Assembly (NCBI GenBank): GCA_022793875.1
Contig: JAAWDR010000030.1
Coordinates: 2,869-66,868 of the forward strand
From: Clostridia bacterium
Lineage (GTDB): Bacteria; Bacillota; Clostridia; TANB77; CAG-508
Direction of reading: 5' to 3'
Length of the DNA: 64,000 bases
Within the stretch, counting starts at the first letter, position 1, and each line of letters opens with the position of its first letter. Below are positions 27,037 to 38,307 of the stretch, piece by piece. A program made the translations under genes and the position numbers. The notes under the pieces are model-generated. The model was not told where the DNA came from. It was given only the letters and a program-made list of their open reading frames with translations, and did no database searches.

Positions 27037-27474
27037 ATGAAATTTGTAGTGCAGAGGGTAAAAGAAGCACAAGTTAATGTTGAAGGTAAAACAGTTGGAA
27101 AAATTGATAATGGATTTTTAGTGTTAATAGGTGTAACTCATACAGACACAAAGGAAATTGCTGATTATTTAATAAAAAAATTGGTTAATTTAAGAGTTTT
27201 TAAAGATGATAATGGAAAAATGAATTTATCCTTAAATGATATAAATGGTTCATTACTTTTAGTATCTCAATTTACATTATATGCAGATTGTTCAGGTGGT
27301 AATAGACCATCTTTTATAGAAGCGGCAAAGCCTGATATGGCTAATGAATTATATGAGTATATTATTAGTGAATGTAAAGAAAAAATTTCTAAAGTAGAAA
27401 CAGGGATTTTTGGAGCTGAAATGAAAGTAAGCTTAATAAATGATGGTCCAGTAACTATAATTTTGGAAAAGTAA
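27037..27474 (+). CDS. dtd: D-aminoacyl-tRNA deacylase
   Basis: MKFVVQRV...GFLVLIGV...[17 protein letters not shown]...NDGPVTI. Confidence 0.93.
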   Translation: MKFVVQRVKEAQVNVEGKTVGKIDNGFLVLIGVTHTDTKEIADYLIKKLVNLRVFKDDNGKMNLSLNDINGSLLLVSQFTLYADCSGGNRPSFIEAAKPDMANELYEYIISECKEKISKVETGIFGAEMKVSLINDGPVTIILEK

Positions 27475-27556
27475 TTGACATAATTTGATTAATGTAATAT
27501 AATGCTTATGTAAATTATTAACAATTCTCGTGATTAAATTCAATAAGGAGGAGAGT

Positions 27557-27928
27557 ATGGTAGGAAAACTTCGGGTACATGAGGCAAAGATAATTGATAT
27601 CAGAAAATCTGGTCAGGGCGATGGTAAGTTTTGTGTTGTAACAATTGAATATGAGAGGAGATCTAGAAAATATGATTTCCTTCTATATGAAGATGATTAT
27701 AAAACAAAAAGATTCCTTAGATTTATCAATGTAGACAATATTGATATGTTGATGGGAAGAACTGTAAATTACATTGCGGCTGAGGATTTGAGAGAACCTG
27801 GTGTGGAAAAACTCTGGCTATTGTGTGATAAAAGAAGAACTCAGTTCTATGATGTTGAGACTGGGCAAATTATTAGTCGAGCAAAAGTAATAAAGATGAT
27901 TCATAATCTTGTATTTAGTGAATTTTAA
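27557..27928 (+). CDS. hypothetical protein (GC-elevated)
   Basis: ATG follows the AAGGAGGAG RBS. No recognisable family. Confidence 0.45.
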   Translation: MVGKLRVHEAKIIDIRKSGQGDGKFCVVTIEYERRSRKYDFLLYEDDYKTKRFLRFINVDNIDMLMGRTVNYIAAEDLREPGVEKLWLLCDKRRTQFYDVETGQIISRAKVIKMIHNLVFSEF

Positions 27929-28264
27929 GTACCATTGTAAGGGCGTTCTAGAAATAGAGCGCTCTTTTTAAGTTTTAATATAAATAAAAATATTGAAATT
28001 TAAATAACATATATAATTGAAAATATAGAAGTGGTGCAATAAAAGCATCACTTCTATTGACTTATGTATACTATTATGATAGAATATTTTCAATGTTATT
28101 GATAAATTCATTTTTGCAATTGCAAGAAAGGAGAAAAATATGAAATTTGAAAAAGTGAGGTTGTTAGTATTACGGTTAAGATTAAGAGAGCGTGGATTTT
28201 ATGAAGATATTTCTTTTAAAGACAAGTTAGTAGAGAAAAAATTTAAAAAAATGTAACAAAATGG

Positions 28265-29014
28265 ATGTCGGATTTACAAAGATATAAGCAAATTCAAGTT
28301 GACAAATTTAAGGATTTGTTTACTTCTTTAAATGAGGTTGTTTTTCCAATTACAATAATAGACTATTGGCATTGTTCATCATATAGTTTATCCATGGAAT
28401 TTACAGATAATAATGGACATATTTATTATATGTCAAATAGAAATATTTGCAATCATAATAGTTTTGATGAATATTTAATTGGAAGAAGCAATAGCCAATT
28501 AGAGCCATTTGTAGATAGGGAGTTTCATTATAAAATTTGTGAAGATAAAACTATAGAATTATTAATGTCTAGTGCTATGAAATTGGACGAATATGGATTG
28601 AATGATGAGTTCATAGTAGATTTTTATTATAATGAAGAAAAACAGAAAACAGAGGCATTGTTAGAAGCATATTTATATCACGATAAAATCAAAATTATAT
28701 ATCCAACAATAAGTGATGAATTTGACAAAAAAGTTTTAGAGTATCTTTTTAGTATCAGTAAAAAGTCAGATTATTATTATGATGTTTTTCCGATATTGGA
28801 GTGGATAGCAACAGAAATACCTGACAAAGAAATCTCAGTTTCAATAATTGCAGATGTAGGAGAAGATACCGAAGAAGTTAGCTCTGAAATACAAGTTATT
28901 GATGGTATAGTACAAAGATATGTTGTTACTAGAATAATAAGTGAAAATGAAGTTCAGAAATTTACTGTAAAATTAGCCAAGAGTTTGGAGAGCTTTTTAA
29001 AGGAAAAAGTGTAA
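28265..29014 (+). CDS. hypothetical protein
   Basis: 249-aa acidic ORF. Promoter-like TTGACT-17-TAGAAT near 28054-28082. A 38-aa ORF (28140-28256) sits upstream. Confidence 0.5.
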   Translation: MSDLQRYKQIQVDKFKDLFTSLNEVVFPITIIDYWHCSSYSLSMEFTDNNGHIYYMSNRNICNHNSFDEYLIGRSNSQLEPFVDREFHYKICEDKTIELLMSSAMKLDEYGLNDEFIVDFYYNEEKQKTEALLEAYLYHDKIKIIYPTISDEFDKKVLEYLFSISKKSDYYYDVFPILEWIATEIPDKEISVSIIADVGEDTEEVSSEIQVIDGIVQRYVVTRIISENEVQKFTVKLAKSLESFLKEKV

Positions 29015-29024
29015 ATAAATGACT

Positions 29025-29053
29025 AAAAAACATGGATTATATCCATGTTTTTT
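29025..29053. terminator. bidirectional terminator between convergent genes
   Basis: AAAAAACATGGAT-TAT-ATCCATGTTTTTT. Confidence 0.7.
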
Positions 29054-29061
29054 AGTTAAAA

Positions 29062-29622
29062 TTATGAGGCTAACATTAGTAATGTAGCAATTAGATTATT
29101 AAGGCTATGCATAGATATTGTTACCCATATGTCTTTTGTTTTGTAATATCGATATCCATAATATAAAGGTCTAATCATATAAAACCATATATAGTAAAAT
29201 GCATTAGGGTCATTAATAACATGAGCAGCTGCAAATACTACAGAAGTAATGATAATATATGGTAATTTATTTTTTATGAATTTAGATGGTAAATACCGAA
29301 ATATATATTCTTCTATAATTGGTACAATAATAATTATGATTATTGAATTCAAAATTGGTGCAGTATTGAAAGACTCATTTATACTTGATTGATTTGCTGA
29401 TATACCAATCATAAAGAATGATGTGACAAAAATAGAAAGTAATAAAACTGGAATAAAAAATAAAATTTCTTGTGCAATCTTTTTTAATTCTTGTTTTATT
29501 TTTTTGTCTATTTTTTCTTCTTTTGGCTCAAGCATTTTATAAGCATAATCTATCATATATAGTATATAGCCTAAAAGAAGAATAATAATTAAGGTAGTAT
29601 AACAAATAACTTGCAATATCAA
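29062..29622 (-). CDS. CPBP family intramembrane glutamic endopeptidase (N-terminus possibly frameshifted)
   Basis: EEYIFRYLP, FAAAHV and MHSLNNL motifs. An upstream ATG at 29737 has a GGAGG RBS but lies in another frame. Confidence 0.75.
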   Translation of the reverse strand: MILQVICYTTLIIILLLGYILYMIDYAYKMLEPKEEKIDKKIKQELKKIAQEILFFIPVLLLSIFVTSFFMIGISANQSSINESFNTAPILNSIIIIIIVPIIEEYIFRYLPSKFIKNKLPYIIITSVVFAAAHVINDPNAFYYIWFYMIRPLYYGYRYYKTKDIWVTISMHSLNNLIATLLMLAS

Positions 29623-30037
29623 TGGTAAATGTGATTCAGTAAAAGTAATAAGTATGAAAATAAAATAAAAATGCTAAAAAATTCCGAGTTTTATCTTTCC
29701 TCATAAACTTAAAAAAATGTTCTTCCATAATATGCATTTAGTTTACCTCCATTAATTATGAAATTGTTTGACTTCTTAACCATTATGTTTTCAAGTCTAA
29801 ATATAAAAATTTTATAGATATTATATCATGAATTTATGTAAAATGCAATTAATATACTTTAATATTTTTTAATAATTTGTTAATTATAAAGGTTTATTTT
29901 TTAGCGTTTTGAGTAAGTTTTGTGTATTGTATGTATATAGTCTTTACAAGTTTATAAAGATAATAAAAAAGCAGTAATCTAAATAGATTACCGCTTTGCA
30001 TATAAGTCTTTGACCTTTGTTCCAAATGAGCCATTTT

Positions 30038-30439
30038 TTATCTTTTTGAAAATTGTGGAGCTTTTCTAGCTTTTTTAAGACCGTATTTTTTTCTTTCTTT
30101 CATACGAGGATCTCTAGTTAAGAATCCATTTGTTTTTAAAGCAGGTCTAAATTCACTATTTGCTTCATTTAAAGCTCTAGCAATACCATGTCTGATTGCT
30201 CCAGCTTGACCTGTAAATCCTCCACCTTGTACTGTACAAATAACATCATATTTATCTAATGTATTTGTAACTGTAAGTGGTTGTCTTACTATAACTTTTA
30301 AAGTTTCTAATCCGAAAAATTCTTCTATATCTTTACCATTGATTGTTATTTTTCCAGAACCTTCTATTAATCTTACTCTAGCGATTGAAGATTTTCTTCT
30401 ACCTGTTCCTAAGTAAGCTATTTTTTCTGTTTTAGCCAT
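30038..30439 (-). CDS. rpsI: 30S ribosomal protein S9
   Basis: [12 protein letters not shown]...[19 protein letters not shown]...[17 protein letters not shown]. Confidence 0.95.
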   Translation of the reverse strand: MAKTEKIAYLGTGRRKSSIARVRLIEGSGKITINGKDIEEFFGLETLKVIVRQPLTVTNTLDKYDVICTVQGGGFTGQAGAIRHGIARALNEANSEFRPALKTNGFLTRDPRMKERKKYGLKKARKAPQFSKR

Positions 30440-30440
30440 C

Positions 30441-30878
30441 TTACTTTACCTCCCATACTTCTGGTTTTTGTGCTTGGTTTTCATGTTCATTTCCTGCATA
30501 AACTCTTAATTTCTTTAATTGAGCTCTTCCTAAAGAGTTGTGTGGTAACATTCCTTTAATAGCTAATGTCATAGCTTTTTCTGGATTTTTTTCTAACATA
30601 ACTCTTGCAGGTGTTTCTTTCATTCCACCAATGTATCCTGAGTGATGTCTATACATTTTTTGGTCTAATTTGTTTCCTGTTAATATTACATCTTTTACAT
30701 TTAATATTATAACGTGATCACCTGTATCAATGTTAGGTGTAAATGTTGGTTTGTGTTTTCCTCTTAATAATTTAGCAGCTTCTGTTGCAACTCTACCTAA
30801 TGGTTTGTTGGCTGCATCGATTATGTACCATTTGCTTTCTATTTCAGCCTTTTTTGGGCTATATGTTGTATTGTTCAT
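30441..30878 (-). CDS. rplM: 50S ribosomal protein L13
   Basis: [33 protein letters not shown]...GMLPHN.LGR. Sits in rplM-rpsI synteny. Confidence 0.95.
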   Translation of the reverse strand: MNNTTYSPKKAEIESKWYIIDAANKPLGRVATEAAKLLRGKHKPTFTPNIDTGDHVIILNVKDVILTGNKLDQKMYRHHSGYIGGMKETPARVMLEKNPEKAMTLAIKGMLPHNSLGRAQLKKLRVYAGNEHENQAQKPEVWEVK

Positions 30879-31188
30879 GGTAATAATTACCCTCCTATTT
30901 TTATAAATTTATATGAAATTTAAATTAAAACTACCGGGGAGAAGTTTTATATTTAAACTACATTTTAACATAATTGCTTAAATATTTTATTACAAAATTG
31001 GCAATTTGTCAATGTTTTTTTGGAAAATTGTAACAAAAATTTGTAAAAGTATTGATTAAAATTTAGATAAAAATTATAATGTAAAAAGAAATCATAATAT
31101 AGGTATAATAAATTATAAATTTAAATATTAATTATTATAGAGAATAGAAGACAGAGGCTAGATATTAGAGAGTAGAGTAGGAGGAAAA

Positions 31189-32844
31189 ATGATAAGAAGA
31201 CATAGAGGAAAACATTTTAAAACCAAAAGCGATAATAAAGTAAAAAAAGAAGGCTTTATGCAAGGTGTTATAACATTAATGTTTTCACAAATTTTAATAA
31301 AAGTATTAGGACTAGTATATACATTATATTTAACAAACAGAAATGGATTTGGAGATAAAGGAAATGGTATATGTGCAAGTGGATATCAAATATATGCATT
31401 ATTACTTACAATATCTTCAATAGGAGTGCCAAGTGCGATATCAAAGTTGGTTTCAGAAAGAGTCGCAGTAGGAGACAATAAAGGAGCACATAGAATTTTT
31501 AAAATAGCATTTGCAACATTTGCAATAATAGGTTTAGTTGGAAGTTTATTATTATTCTTTGGAGCACATGTAATTGCAACAAGTTGGCTTCAAATACCAG
31601 AATCAGAAATGACATTAGTCGCATTATCACCAGCTATATTTTTTGTTACAGTTGCATCTGTAATGAGAGGATATTTTAATGGAAGACAAAAAATAAGTGT
31701 TGGAGCTAAATCTCAATCGTTAGAACAAGTATTTAAAACATTGCTTACAATTATAGTAGTTGAGATTGTTGCTGTATTATCAAATGTTTCAACAGAATGG
31801 ATGGCAGCAGGTGCAAATTTAGCAACTACACTTGCAACATTTTTAGGATTTAGTTATTTAATTTTATATTATAGAACAGAAAGAAAAGAAATAGGAGCTG
31901 AAGTAAAAAATACAGTAAATTACAAATATGAAAGAGTTTCCACAATAGTAAAAAGAATTTTATTAGTATCAATACCAATTACATTAACAGCAATAATGTC
32001 ATCAATAAATAAAAATATTGATTCATTTACAGTTGTAAGAAACTTAAAGAATTTTATGTCAGAAGATGCAGCAACATCATTGTATGGAATTTTAGGTGGA
32101 AAGGTTGATACTTTAACAAGTTTGCCTTTGGCAATAAATGTAGCTTTTGCTACTGCATTAGTTCCAGCTATATCTGCTGCGAAAGCACGAAGAGACAAGA
32201 AAACAATAAGTGAAAAAACATCATTTTCATTGTTAGTATCAATGTTAATTGGATTACCATGTACAGTTGGAATGTTTATTTTCGCAGGACCAATATTGAA
32301 TTTGCTATTTCCAAATGCAAATGATGGAGCTTTAATATTACAAATAAGTGCATTAACAGTAATATTTACAATTCTTGATCAGACAATAAATGGAGTATTG
32401 CAAGGATATGGAAAATTAATGATACCAACATTCTCTTTAGCAGTAGGAGTTTTTGTTAAATTCATTTTAAATATAACTTTAGTTCCAAATCCAAAGTTCG
32501 GAGTATATGGAGCAGCAATAGGTTCAGTAGCTTGCCATGCTGTTGCATTTTGTATAGCAATTACAGCTCTTCGAAGAAATATAAAATTGAATTTAACATT
32601 TTCAAAGTTTGTGCTTAAACCAGTAATTGCAACAATTATAATGGGAATATGTTCATATTTTACATATTTTGCTTTAAAAGGAATAATAATTGAAAGAATG
32701 GCTACAATAATAGCAATACTTGTTGCAGTTGTAATGTATGCATTATCAGTATTAGTATTAAAAATTTTTACAAAAGAAGAGTTTAAAATGATGCCAGCAG
32801 GAGATAAAGCCATTAAAATTTTAGAAAAAGTTAAAATTTATTAG
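31189..32844 (+). CDS. MOP-superfamily flippase, SpoVB/MurJ-like polysaccharide biosynthesis protein
   Basis: 551 aa, about 14 TM. N-terminal GVITLMFSQILIKVLGLVYTLYLTN...G.Y.IYALLLTISSIGVPSAISKLVSE is typical of SpoVB-type proteins. Confidence 0.75.
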   Translation: MIRRHRGKHFKTKSDNKVKKEGFMQGVITLMFSQILIKVLGLVYTLYLTNRNGFGDKGNGICASGYQIYALLLTISSIGVPSAISKLVSERVAVGDNKGAHRIFKIAFATFAIIGLVGSLLLFFGAHVIATSWLQIPESEMTLVALSPAIFFVTVASVMRGYFNGRQKISVGAKSQSLEQVFKTLLTIIVVEIVAVLSNVSTEWMAAGANLATTLATFLGFSYLILYYRTERKEIGAEVKNTVNYKYERVSTIVKRILLVSIPITLTAIMSSINKNIDSFTVVRNLKNFMSEDAATSLYGILGGKVDTLTSLPLAINVAFATALVPAISAAKARRDKKTISEKTSFSLLVSMLIGLPCTVGMFIFAGPILNLLFPNANDGALILQISALTVIFTILDQTINGVLQGYGKLMIPTFSLAVGVFVKFILNITLVPNPKFGVYGAAIGSVACHAVAFCIAITALRRNIKLNLTFSKFVLKPVIATIIMGICSYFTYFALKGIIIERMATIIAILVAVVMYALSVLVLKIFTKEEFKMMPAGDKAIKILEKVKIY

Positions 32845-32957
32845 AAAAAAAGAAGGATTTTAGCGAAAGTTGGCGAATAGTTCTATTAGAGTACAGTTAT
32901 TGCTAAGTTCAGGCGATAAAAGTACATAAATATTCAATCTTATAGGAGGTAATTTAA

Positions 32958-33236
32958 ATGAACAAAGCTGAATTAGTAGCAGCAGTAGCTGCAAAAACAG
33001 GAGCTACAAAAAAAGCAGCTGAAGAATCAGTAAACGCTTTTGTAGAAGTAGTTACAAACACATTAGTAGAAGGAGAAAAAGTTCAATTAGTTGGATTTGG
33101 TTCTTTTGAAGTTAGAAAAAGAGCAGCAAGAAAAGGTAGAAACCCACAAACTAAAGAAGAAATCAAAATACCTGCATCAAAATCTCCAGTATTCAAAGCT
33201 GGTAAAGCATTAAAAGATTTAGTAAATAATAAATAA
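32958..33236 (+). CDS. hup: DNA-binding protein HU
   Basis: MNKAELV...[45 protein letters not shown]. Confidence 0.93.
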   Translation: MNKAELVAAVAAKTGATKKAAEESVNAFVEVVTNTLVEGEKVQLVGFGSFEVRKRAARKGRNPQTKEEIKIPASKSPVFKAGKALKDLVNNK

Positions 33237-33579
33237 TTTGTGAGTATAAATATATGAATTCATAGGAAGAGGATTAGAAATAATCTTCTTTTTTTTATAT
33301 AATAGGAAAGTGATACTTTCCTATTATATAAAACTCAATTGTACAGAAATTTTCTAACGAAAATTTCGCACACGAACAAATTAACTCTGAATATCTTTAA
33401 ATAAGAGTTATAATTCACAGTTAAAAAATTATTATATATTAAGTATTTTCAAATAAAATAAAAAGAGAGTTATGAATTGTAATAATAAAAAAATGTAGAA
33501 ACTTAAATATCAAATATTGAAAAATATAAAAATTATATATATAATATATAAAAAGTCAAATTTGAAGGAGAAAGTGAAA

Positions 33580-34107
33580 ATGAAAGAAAATAAAGGAATA
33601 ACAATGGTAGCATTAGTTATAATAATTATATTATTATTAATATTAGTGGGAGTATCAACAGGCACAGGAGGAAATTTAATAAAACAAACTAAATTAGAAA
33701 ATTTGAAAACAAATATGTTATTAATAAAAGTAAAAGCAAAAGAATATGTAGAAAATGCAAATTTTAATTTAGGAACAACATTTGAAAAGTTAACAGATGA
33801 AACTGAAAAGAATAATAGAATACAAAAAGCAAGAGAGGAATTAAAAGGAGAAGATGTTACAAGTACTATATCTTCATATAATATTAATATAAATGATAGT
33901 TCTGAAAATGTATATTATTATAAATTAGATACACAGACTTTATTAAATATAGGATTATCAAATTTAAAATCAGATGAAAAAGAAGGTTGGTATATAATCA
34001 GATATGATATAGTGAATGCTGAAGTTGAAGTATATAATTCAAAGGGATTTGAAAGTAATAATACTAAATATTATTCATTAAGCGATTTACAAAATATTGA
34101 AATATAA
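33580..34107 (+). CDS. prepilin-like N-terminus protein, paralog 4
   Basis: Internal ATG after the GAAGGAG RBS gives MKENKG|ITMVALVIIIILLLILVGVSTG. The ORF-track start at 33517 adds an implausible Ile/Lys-rich leader. Confidence 0.7.
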   Translation: MKENKGITMVALVIIIILLLILVGVSTGTGGNLIKQTKLENLKTNMLLIKVKAKEYVENANFNLGTTFEKLTDETEKNNRIQKAREELKGEDVTSTISSYNININDSSENVYYYKLDTQTLLNIGLSNLKSDEKEGWYIIRYDIVNAEVEVYNSKGFESNNTKYYSLSDLQNIEI

Positions 34108-34119
34108 GAAGGAAATAAG

Positions 34120-34746
34120 ATGAAAGAAAAAGAACAAGAGAGGTTACAAAATTTAAAGCAAATAGAAAATGAATTACATGTAAGAGGATTTGAAAAAATA
34201 TGTGGAATAGATGAGGCAGGAAGAGGTCCTTTAGCAGGACCAGTAGTAGTAGCAGGAGTAATAATGCCAAAAGATTCAATGATAGAAGGTGTAAATGACT
34301 CTAAAAAAGTTTCGGAAAAGAAAAGAGAATTGCTATATGATAGAATTCTAGAAGAAGCAGTAAGTTATTCAGTAGCAATAATTGGTCAAGATGTAATAGA
34401 TGATATAAACATATTAAATGCTACAAAACAAGGTGTAACAAGTGTTGTAAAAGGTTTTGATGTGAAACCAGATTTAATAGTAATAGATGCTTTGCAACAT
34501 ATTGATACAGATGGAGTGCCATATGAATCAATAATTAAAGGTGATGCAAAATGTTATTCAATAGCAGCTGCATCAATAATTGCAAAAGTTACAAGGGATA
34601 GAATTATGAGAGAATGGGATGATGTGTATCCTCAATATGGTTTTATACAACATAAAGGTTATGGAACAGCAAAGCATATTCAAGCTATTAAAGAATATGG
34701 ATTAAGCCCAATACATAGAAGGAGTTTTACTAAAAATTTTATATAA
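34120..34746 (+). CDS. rnhB: ribonuclease HII
   Basis: GIDEAGRGPLAGPVVVAGV...DSKK...IIAKVTRDR...GYGT.KH. Confidence 0.93.
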   Translation: MKEKEQERLQNLKQIENELHVRGFEKICGIDEAGRGPLAGPVVVAGVIMPKDSMIEGVNDSKKVSEKKRELLYDRILEEAVSYSVAIIGQDVIDDINILNATKQGVTSVVKGFDVKPDLIVIDALQHIDTDGVPYESIIKGDAKCYSIAAASIIAKVTRDRIMREWDDVYPQYGFIQHKGYGTAKHIQAIKEYGLSPIHRRSFTKNFI

Positions 34747-34786
34747 TGTGAATTTTGAATTTAAAAAAATTTTTGGAAGTGATTAG

Positions 34787-36091
34787 ATGAATATATTAGA
34801 GATAATTGATAAGAAAAAAAATAAACAAGAATTAGCAAAAGAAGAAATAGAGTTTTTTATTAGTGCTTATGTAAAAGAAGAAATTGCAGATTATCAGGCA
34901 GCAGCATTAGTTATGGCAATATTTTTAAATGGTATGACAAAAGAAGAGACGACAAATTTGACAATAGCTATGGCAAATTCAGGAGAAATATTAGATTTGT
35001 CAAAATTAAATAAAACAATAGTTGATAAACATTCGACAGGTGGAGTGGGAGATAAAGTATCAATATGTCTTTTACCATTAGTTGCATCACTCGGAGTTCC
35101 TGTTGCAAAAATGTCTGGTAGAGGTCTTGGCTTTACAGGTGGAACAGTAGACAAAATGCAATCAATACCAGGATATAAAACAGATATAGATATCCACAAT
35201 TTTATAGAAAATGTGGAAAATATAGGCATAAGTATGATTTCACAGACATTAAATTTAGCACCAGCAGATAAAAAATTATATGCTCTAAGAGATAGTATTT
35301 CGTGTGTCGAGAGCATTCCACTAATTGCATCAAGCATTATGAGTAAGAAAATAGCAAGTGGAGCAGAAAAAATAGTGCTAGATGTAACTGTTGGAAATGG
35401 TGCATTTATGAAAAATATTGAAGATGCAAAAATGTTAGCAAATGAGATGATTGAAATTGGAAAATTGGCAAATAGAGAAACTGTATGTATTTTAACAAAT
35501 ATGGATGAGCCATTGGGATATATGGTTGGTAATAATTTAGAAGTAATTGAAGCAATACAATTTTTAAAAGGAAGTATGCCAGAAGATTTGAAACAAGTAG
35601 TATTAGAATTAGGTTCATATATGATTAAGCTTGCTGGATTAGGAAATAATTTAGAAGAGAATAAATTACGAATGTTAGAAAAAATAAATAGTGGTGGAGC
35701 ATTTAATAAGTTTGTAGAGATGGTAAAAAATCAAGATGGAGATATTTCATATTTAATTGATACAAATAAATTTGATAAAGCACAATATATAGAAGAAGTA
35801 ATATCAACAAAAGATGGATATGTACAAGAAATAAATGCTGAAAATATTGGGAAAATTGCATGTGGCTTGGGAGCAGGAAGAATAAGGAAAGAAGATATTA
35901 TTGATTATAGTGTTGGGTTAAAGTTATGTAAGAAGGTTTCTGAAAAAGTAACAAAAGGAGAGACTCTTGGAATTGTATATGCAAATGATATGAAAAAATT
36001 AGAAATAGCTAAAAAGCAATTATTGGATACAGTAGTAATATGTGATAAAGAAGTTCAGAGATTTCCAACAATTTTTGGTATTTGTAAATAA
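34787..36091 (+). CDS. pdp: pyrimidine-nucleoside (thymidine) phosphorylase
   Basis: DKHSTGGVGDKVS, KMSGRGLGFTGGTVDK, LYALRD, SIMSKKIA motifs. Confidence 0.9.
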   Translation: MNILEIIDKKKNKQELAKEEIEFFISAYVKEEIADYQAAALVMAIFLNGMTKEETTNLTIAMANSGEILDLSKLNKTIVDKHSTGGVGDKVSICLLPLVASLGVPVAKMSGRGLGFTGGTVDKMQSIPGYKTDIDIHNFIENVENIGISMISQTLNLAPADKKLYALRDSISCVESIPLIASSIMSKKIASGAEKIVLDVTVGNGAFMKNIEDAKMLANEMIEIGKLANRETVCILTNMDEPLGYMVGNNLEVIEAIQFLKGSMPEDLKQVVLELGSYMIKLAGLGNNLEENKLRMLEKINSGGAFNKFVEMVKNQDGDISYLIDTNKFDKAQYIEEVISTKDGYVQEINAENIGKIACGLGAGRIRKEDIIDYSVGLKLCKKVSEKVTKGETLGIVYANDMKKLEIAKKQLLDTVVICDKEVQRFPTIFGICK

Positions 36092-36252
36092 ATCATTGAA
36101 ATTGTTATTAAATTGGTGTTATAATAATAAAAGAGATACTAGTTAATTGTCTACTTATTGGTCTTGAAATTCAATATTAATTATATAAACTTTTTTAATA
36201 AATAATATAAATAGTTAACTAGTAATAAAGATAAAAGAAAGAGGAAGTAAAT

Positions 36253-36387
36253 ATGAAAAAAGAAATAAATAATAAAGAACAAAAGAGATTAGATAAAGGA
36301 CAAATATTTGTAAAAATAATGGCAGGAATATTGGCTGCATTAATGTTATTTTCAGTGGCTGCTTCATTAATATTTGCATTAGTGTAA
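36253..36387 (+). CDS. small membrane protein candidate (44 aa)
   Basis: Below the ORF-track cutoff. GAGGAAG RBS. MKKEINNKEQKRLDKGQIFVKIMAGILAALMLFSVAASLIFALV (one TM). Confidence 0.3.
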   Translation: MKKEINNKEQKRLDKGQIFVKIMAGILAALMLFSVAASLIFALV

Positions 36388-36468
36388 ATTTTTATATTGC
36401 AGTAAAATAAGTTATTGAAATTTTAGTGATATTAAACTGTAGTAAATATAATAAAAAGAAGGTGTATT

Positions 36469-37413
36469 ATGGTAGGTAGTATAAATAGTAGTGGAACGAG
36501 TTCATATAGTGAAAGTTTGTTAGATGTATTAAGAAGTGTAAGTGAAAATCCATTAAATTTAGTTACAATAATATTAGATGCAGTAATAGTATTATTTTTA
36601 TTATATTGTTTTGTTAGGATAGTAAAAGGTTCAAGGGCATGGCAATTAATAAAAGGTATTGCATTTTTAATTATTGCCACATGGATTAGTAGATTGCTTA
36701 ATTTGTATATACTAAATTCAATTTTAACAGGTATTATGAATTGGGGAGTAATTGCAATAATTGTAATATTCCAACCTGAGCTTAGAAGAGCTTTAGAACA
36801 ATTGGGTACAAATAAATTTACAAGGTTTTTTGGATTAAATAGTGATATTGCGACAAAAACAAAAGAGGATATTTATAAAGTTGTAATTGCTGCAACAGAA
36901 CTTGCAAAATCAAAAACAGGAGCCTTAATTGTTATAGAAAGAGATATTAATATTCAAGATATAATTTCAACTGGAGTTCCAATGAATTCAGAAGTATCAC
37001 CTCAACTTTTAGTAAATATTTTCGTACCAAAAACACCATTACATGATGGAGCTGTTATTATAAGTAACAATAAAATTGCAGCAGCAGCATGTGTGTTGCC
37101 ATTAGCAGATGATCCAGATATTGCAAAAGAATTAGGAACAAGACACAGAGCTGCAATAGGTGTTTCAAAAGAATCTGATAGTATAGTAGTTGTTGTATCA
37201 GAAGAAACTGGAAAAATTTCTGTAGCAAAAGATGGAACATTAATAGCAGATGTAAGAGAAGATGTATTAAAGAAAATATTAATAAGTAATATAGTAACGA
37301 AGAGATTTACAGAAAAAACTTTAGAAAATAAAAGTAAGTTTTCTAAACTTAAACAGAGATTAGTTAAAGAAAAGGAAAAAGAAGAAATAAAAGAAAAATA
37401 TGAAGATAATTAG
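36469..37413 (+). CDS. cdaA: diadenylate cyclase CdaA
   Basis: Three N-terminal TM helices, then DAC domain motifs TGALIVIERD, PLHDGAVII, GTRHRAAIGVSKESD. Lys/Glu-rich C-terminal tail. Confidence 0.9.
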   Translation: MVGSINSSGTSSYSESLLDVLRSVSENPLNLVTIILDAVIVLFLLYCFVRIVKGSRAWQLIKGIAFLIIATWISRLLNLYILNSILTGIMNWGVIAIIVIFQPELRRALEQLGTNKFTRFFGLNSDIATKTKEDIYKVVIAATELAKSKTGALIVIERDINIQDIISTGVPMNSEVSPQLLVNIFVPKTPLHDGAVIISNNKIAAAACVLPLADDPDIAKELGTRHRAAIGVSKESDSIVVVVSEETGKISVAKDGTLIADVREDVLKKILISNIVTKRFTEKTLENKSKFSKLKQRLVKEKEKEEIKEKYEDN

Positions 37414-37415
37414 TT

Positions 37416-37437
37416 AAGTCGCTTATAGGCGACTTTT
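37416..37437 (+). terminator. terminator after cdaA
   Basis: AAGTCGC-TTATAG-GCGACTT followed by T residues. Confidence 0.6.
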
Positions 37438-37455
37438 AATATAGAAAGGATAAAA

Positions 37456-38196
37456 ATGAGAAATATAAAGTTAGTTATAGAATATGATGGCAAGGAATTT
37501 AATGGATGGCAAAAGCAGCCCAATAAGTTAAATATACAAGGAACAATAGAACAAGCAATAAAATCTATTACAGGTGAAGAGGTAGAACTGAATGCTTCAG
37601 GAAGAACAGATGCTGGAGTTCATGCTTTTGGGCAAGTTGCTAATTTTAAAACGAACTCAAATATTCCAATAGATAAATTTGCAATAGCATTAAATTCTAA
37701 TTTAAAAAAATCAATTAGAATAATATCAGCAGAAGAAGTAGGAGAGAGATTTCATAGTAGATTATCATGCAAGAAAAAAACATACAGATATATAATTAAT
37801 AATTCTGAAATATCTTCAGCGATATATAGAAATTTAGAAACACATATACCACAAAAATTGAATGCAAAGAAAATGAAACAAGCTGCAAAATACTTTGAAG
37901 GGGAACATGACTTTAAAGCATTTAAATCAAGTGGAACAAGCAGTAAAAGTAGTGTAAGAACTATATATAAAGCAGAAGTTGTTGAAATGCCTAATAGTAG
38001 AATTTATATAGAATTAACAGGTAATGGATTTTTATATAATATGGTAAGAATAATTTCAGGAACGTTAGTTGAAGTTGGTTTAGAGAAAATTGATGCAAAG
38101 GAAGTAGAAAGAATTATAGAATTAGGTGATAGAAATTTAGCAGGAAAAACACTACCACCAAATGGATTATATTTGCTTAATGTAGAGTATGAATAA
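37456..38196 (+). CDS. truA: tRNA pseudouridine(38-40) synthase TruA
   Basis: IEYDG..F.GWQKQPN...SGRTDAGVHA.GQVANF...FLYNMVRII.G.L. Confidence 0.93.
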   Translation: MRNIKLVIEYDGKEFNGWQKQPNKLNIQGTIEQAIKSITGEEVELNASGRTDAGVHAFGQVANFKTNSNIPIDKFAIALNSNLKKSIRIISAEEVGERFHSRLSCKKKTYRYIINNSEISSAIYRNLETHIPQKLNAKKMKQAAKYFEGEHDFKAFKSSGTSSKSSVRTIYKAEVVEMPNSRIYIELTGNGFLYNMVRIISGTLVEVGLEKIDAKEVERIIELGDRNLAGKTLPPNGLYLLNVEYE

Positions 38197-38307
38197 AAAT
38201 GAGTAACCATAATTTTAAAAGAGCATAAAATATAGTAAAAAGTAAATTTATAAAGTTAAAATTTTTAAATAAATTACTTTATAAACACTGTAGTGAAGGG
38301 AGAAGTT

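Noticed and set aside
33517-33579. Upstream start of pilin-like paralog 4 as given by the ORF track
   Set aside because: It adds an Ile/Lys/Tyr-rich 21-aa leader with no RBS. The internal ATG 33580 follows GAAGGAG and gives the family-typical MKENKG|IT start.
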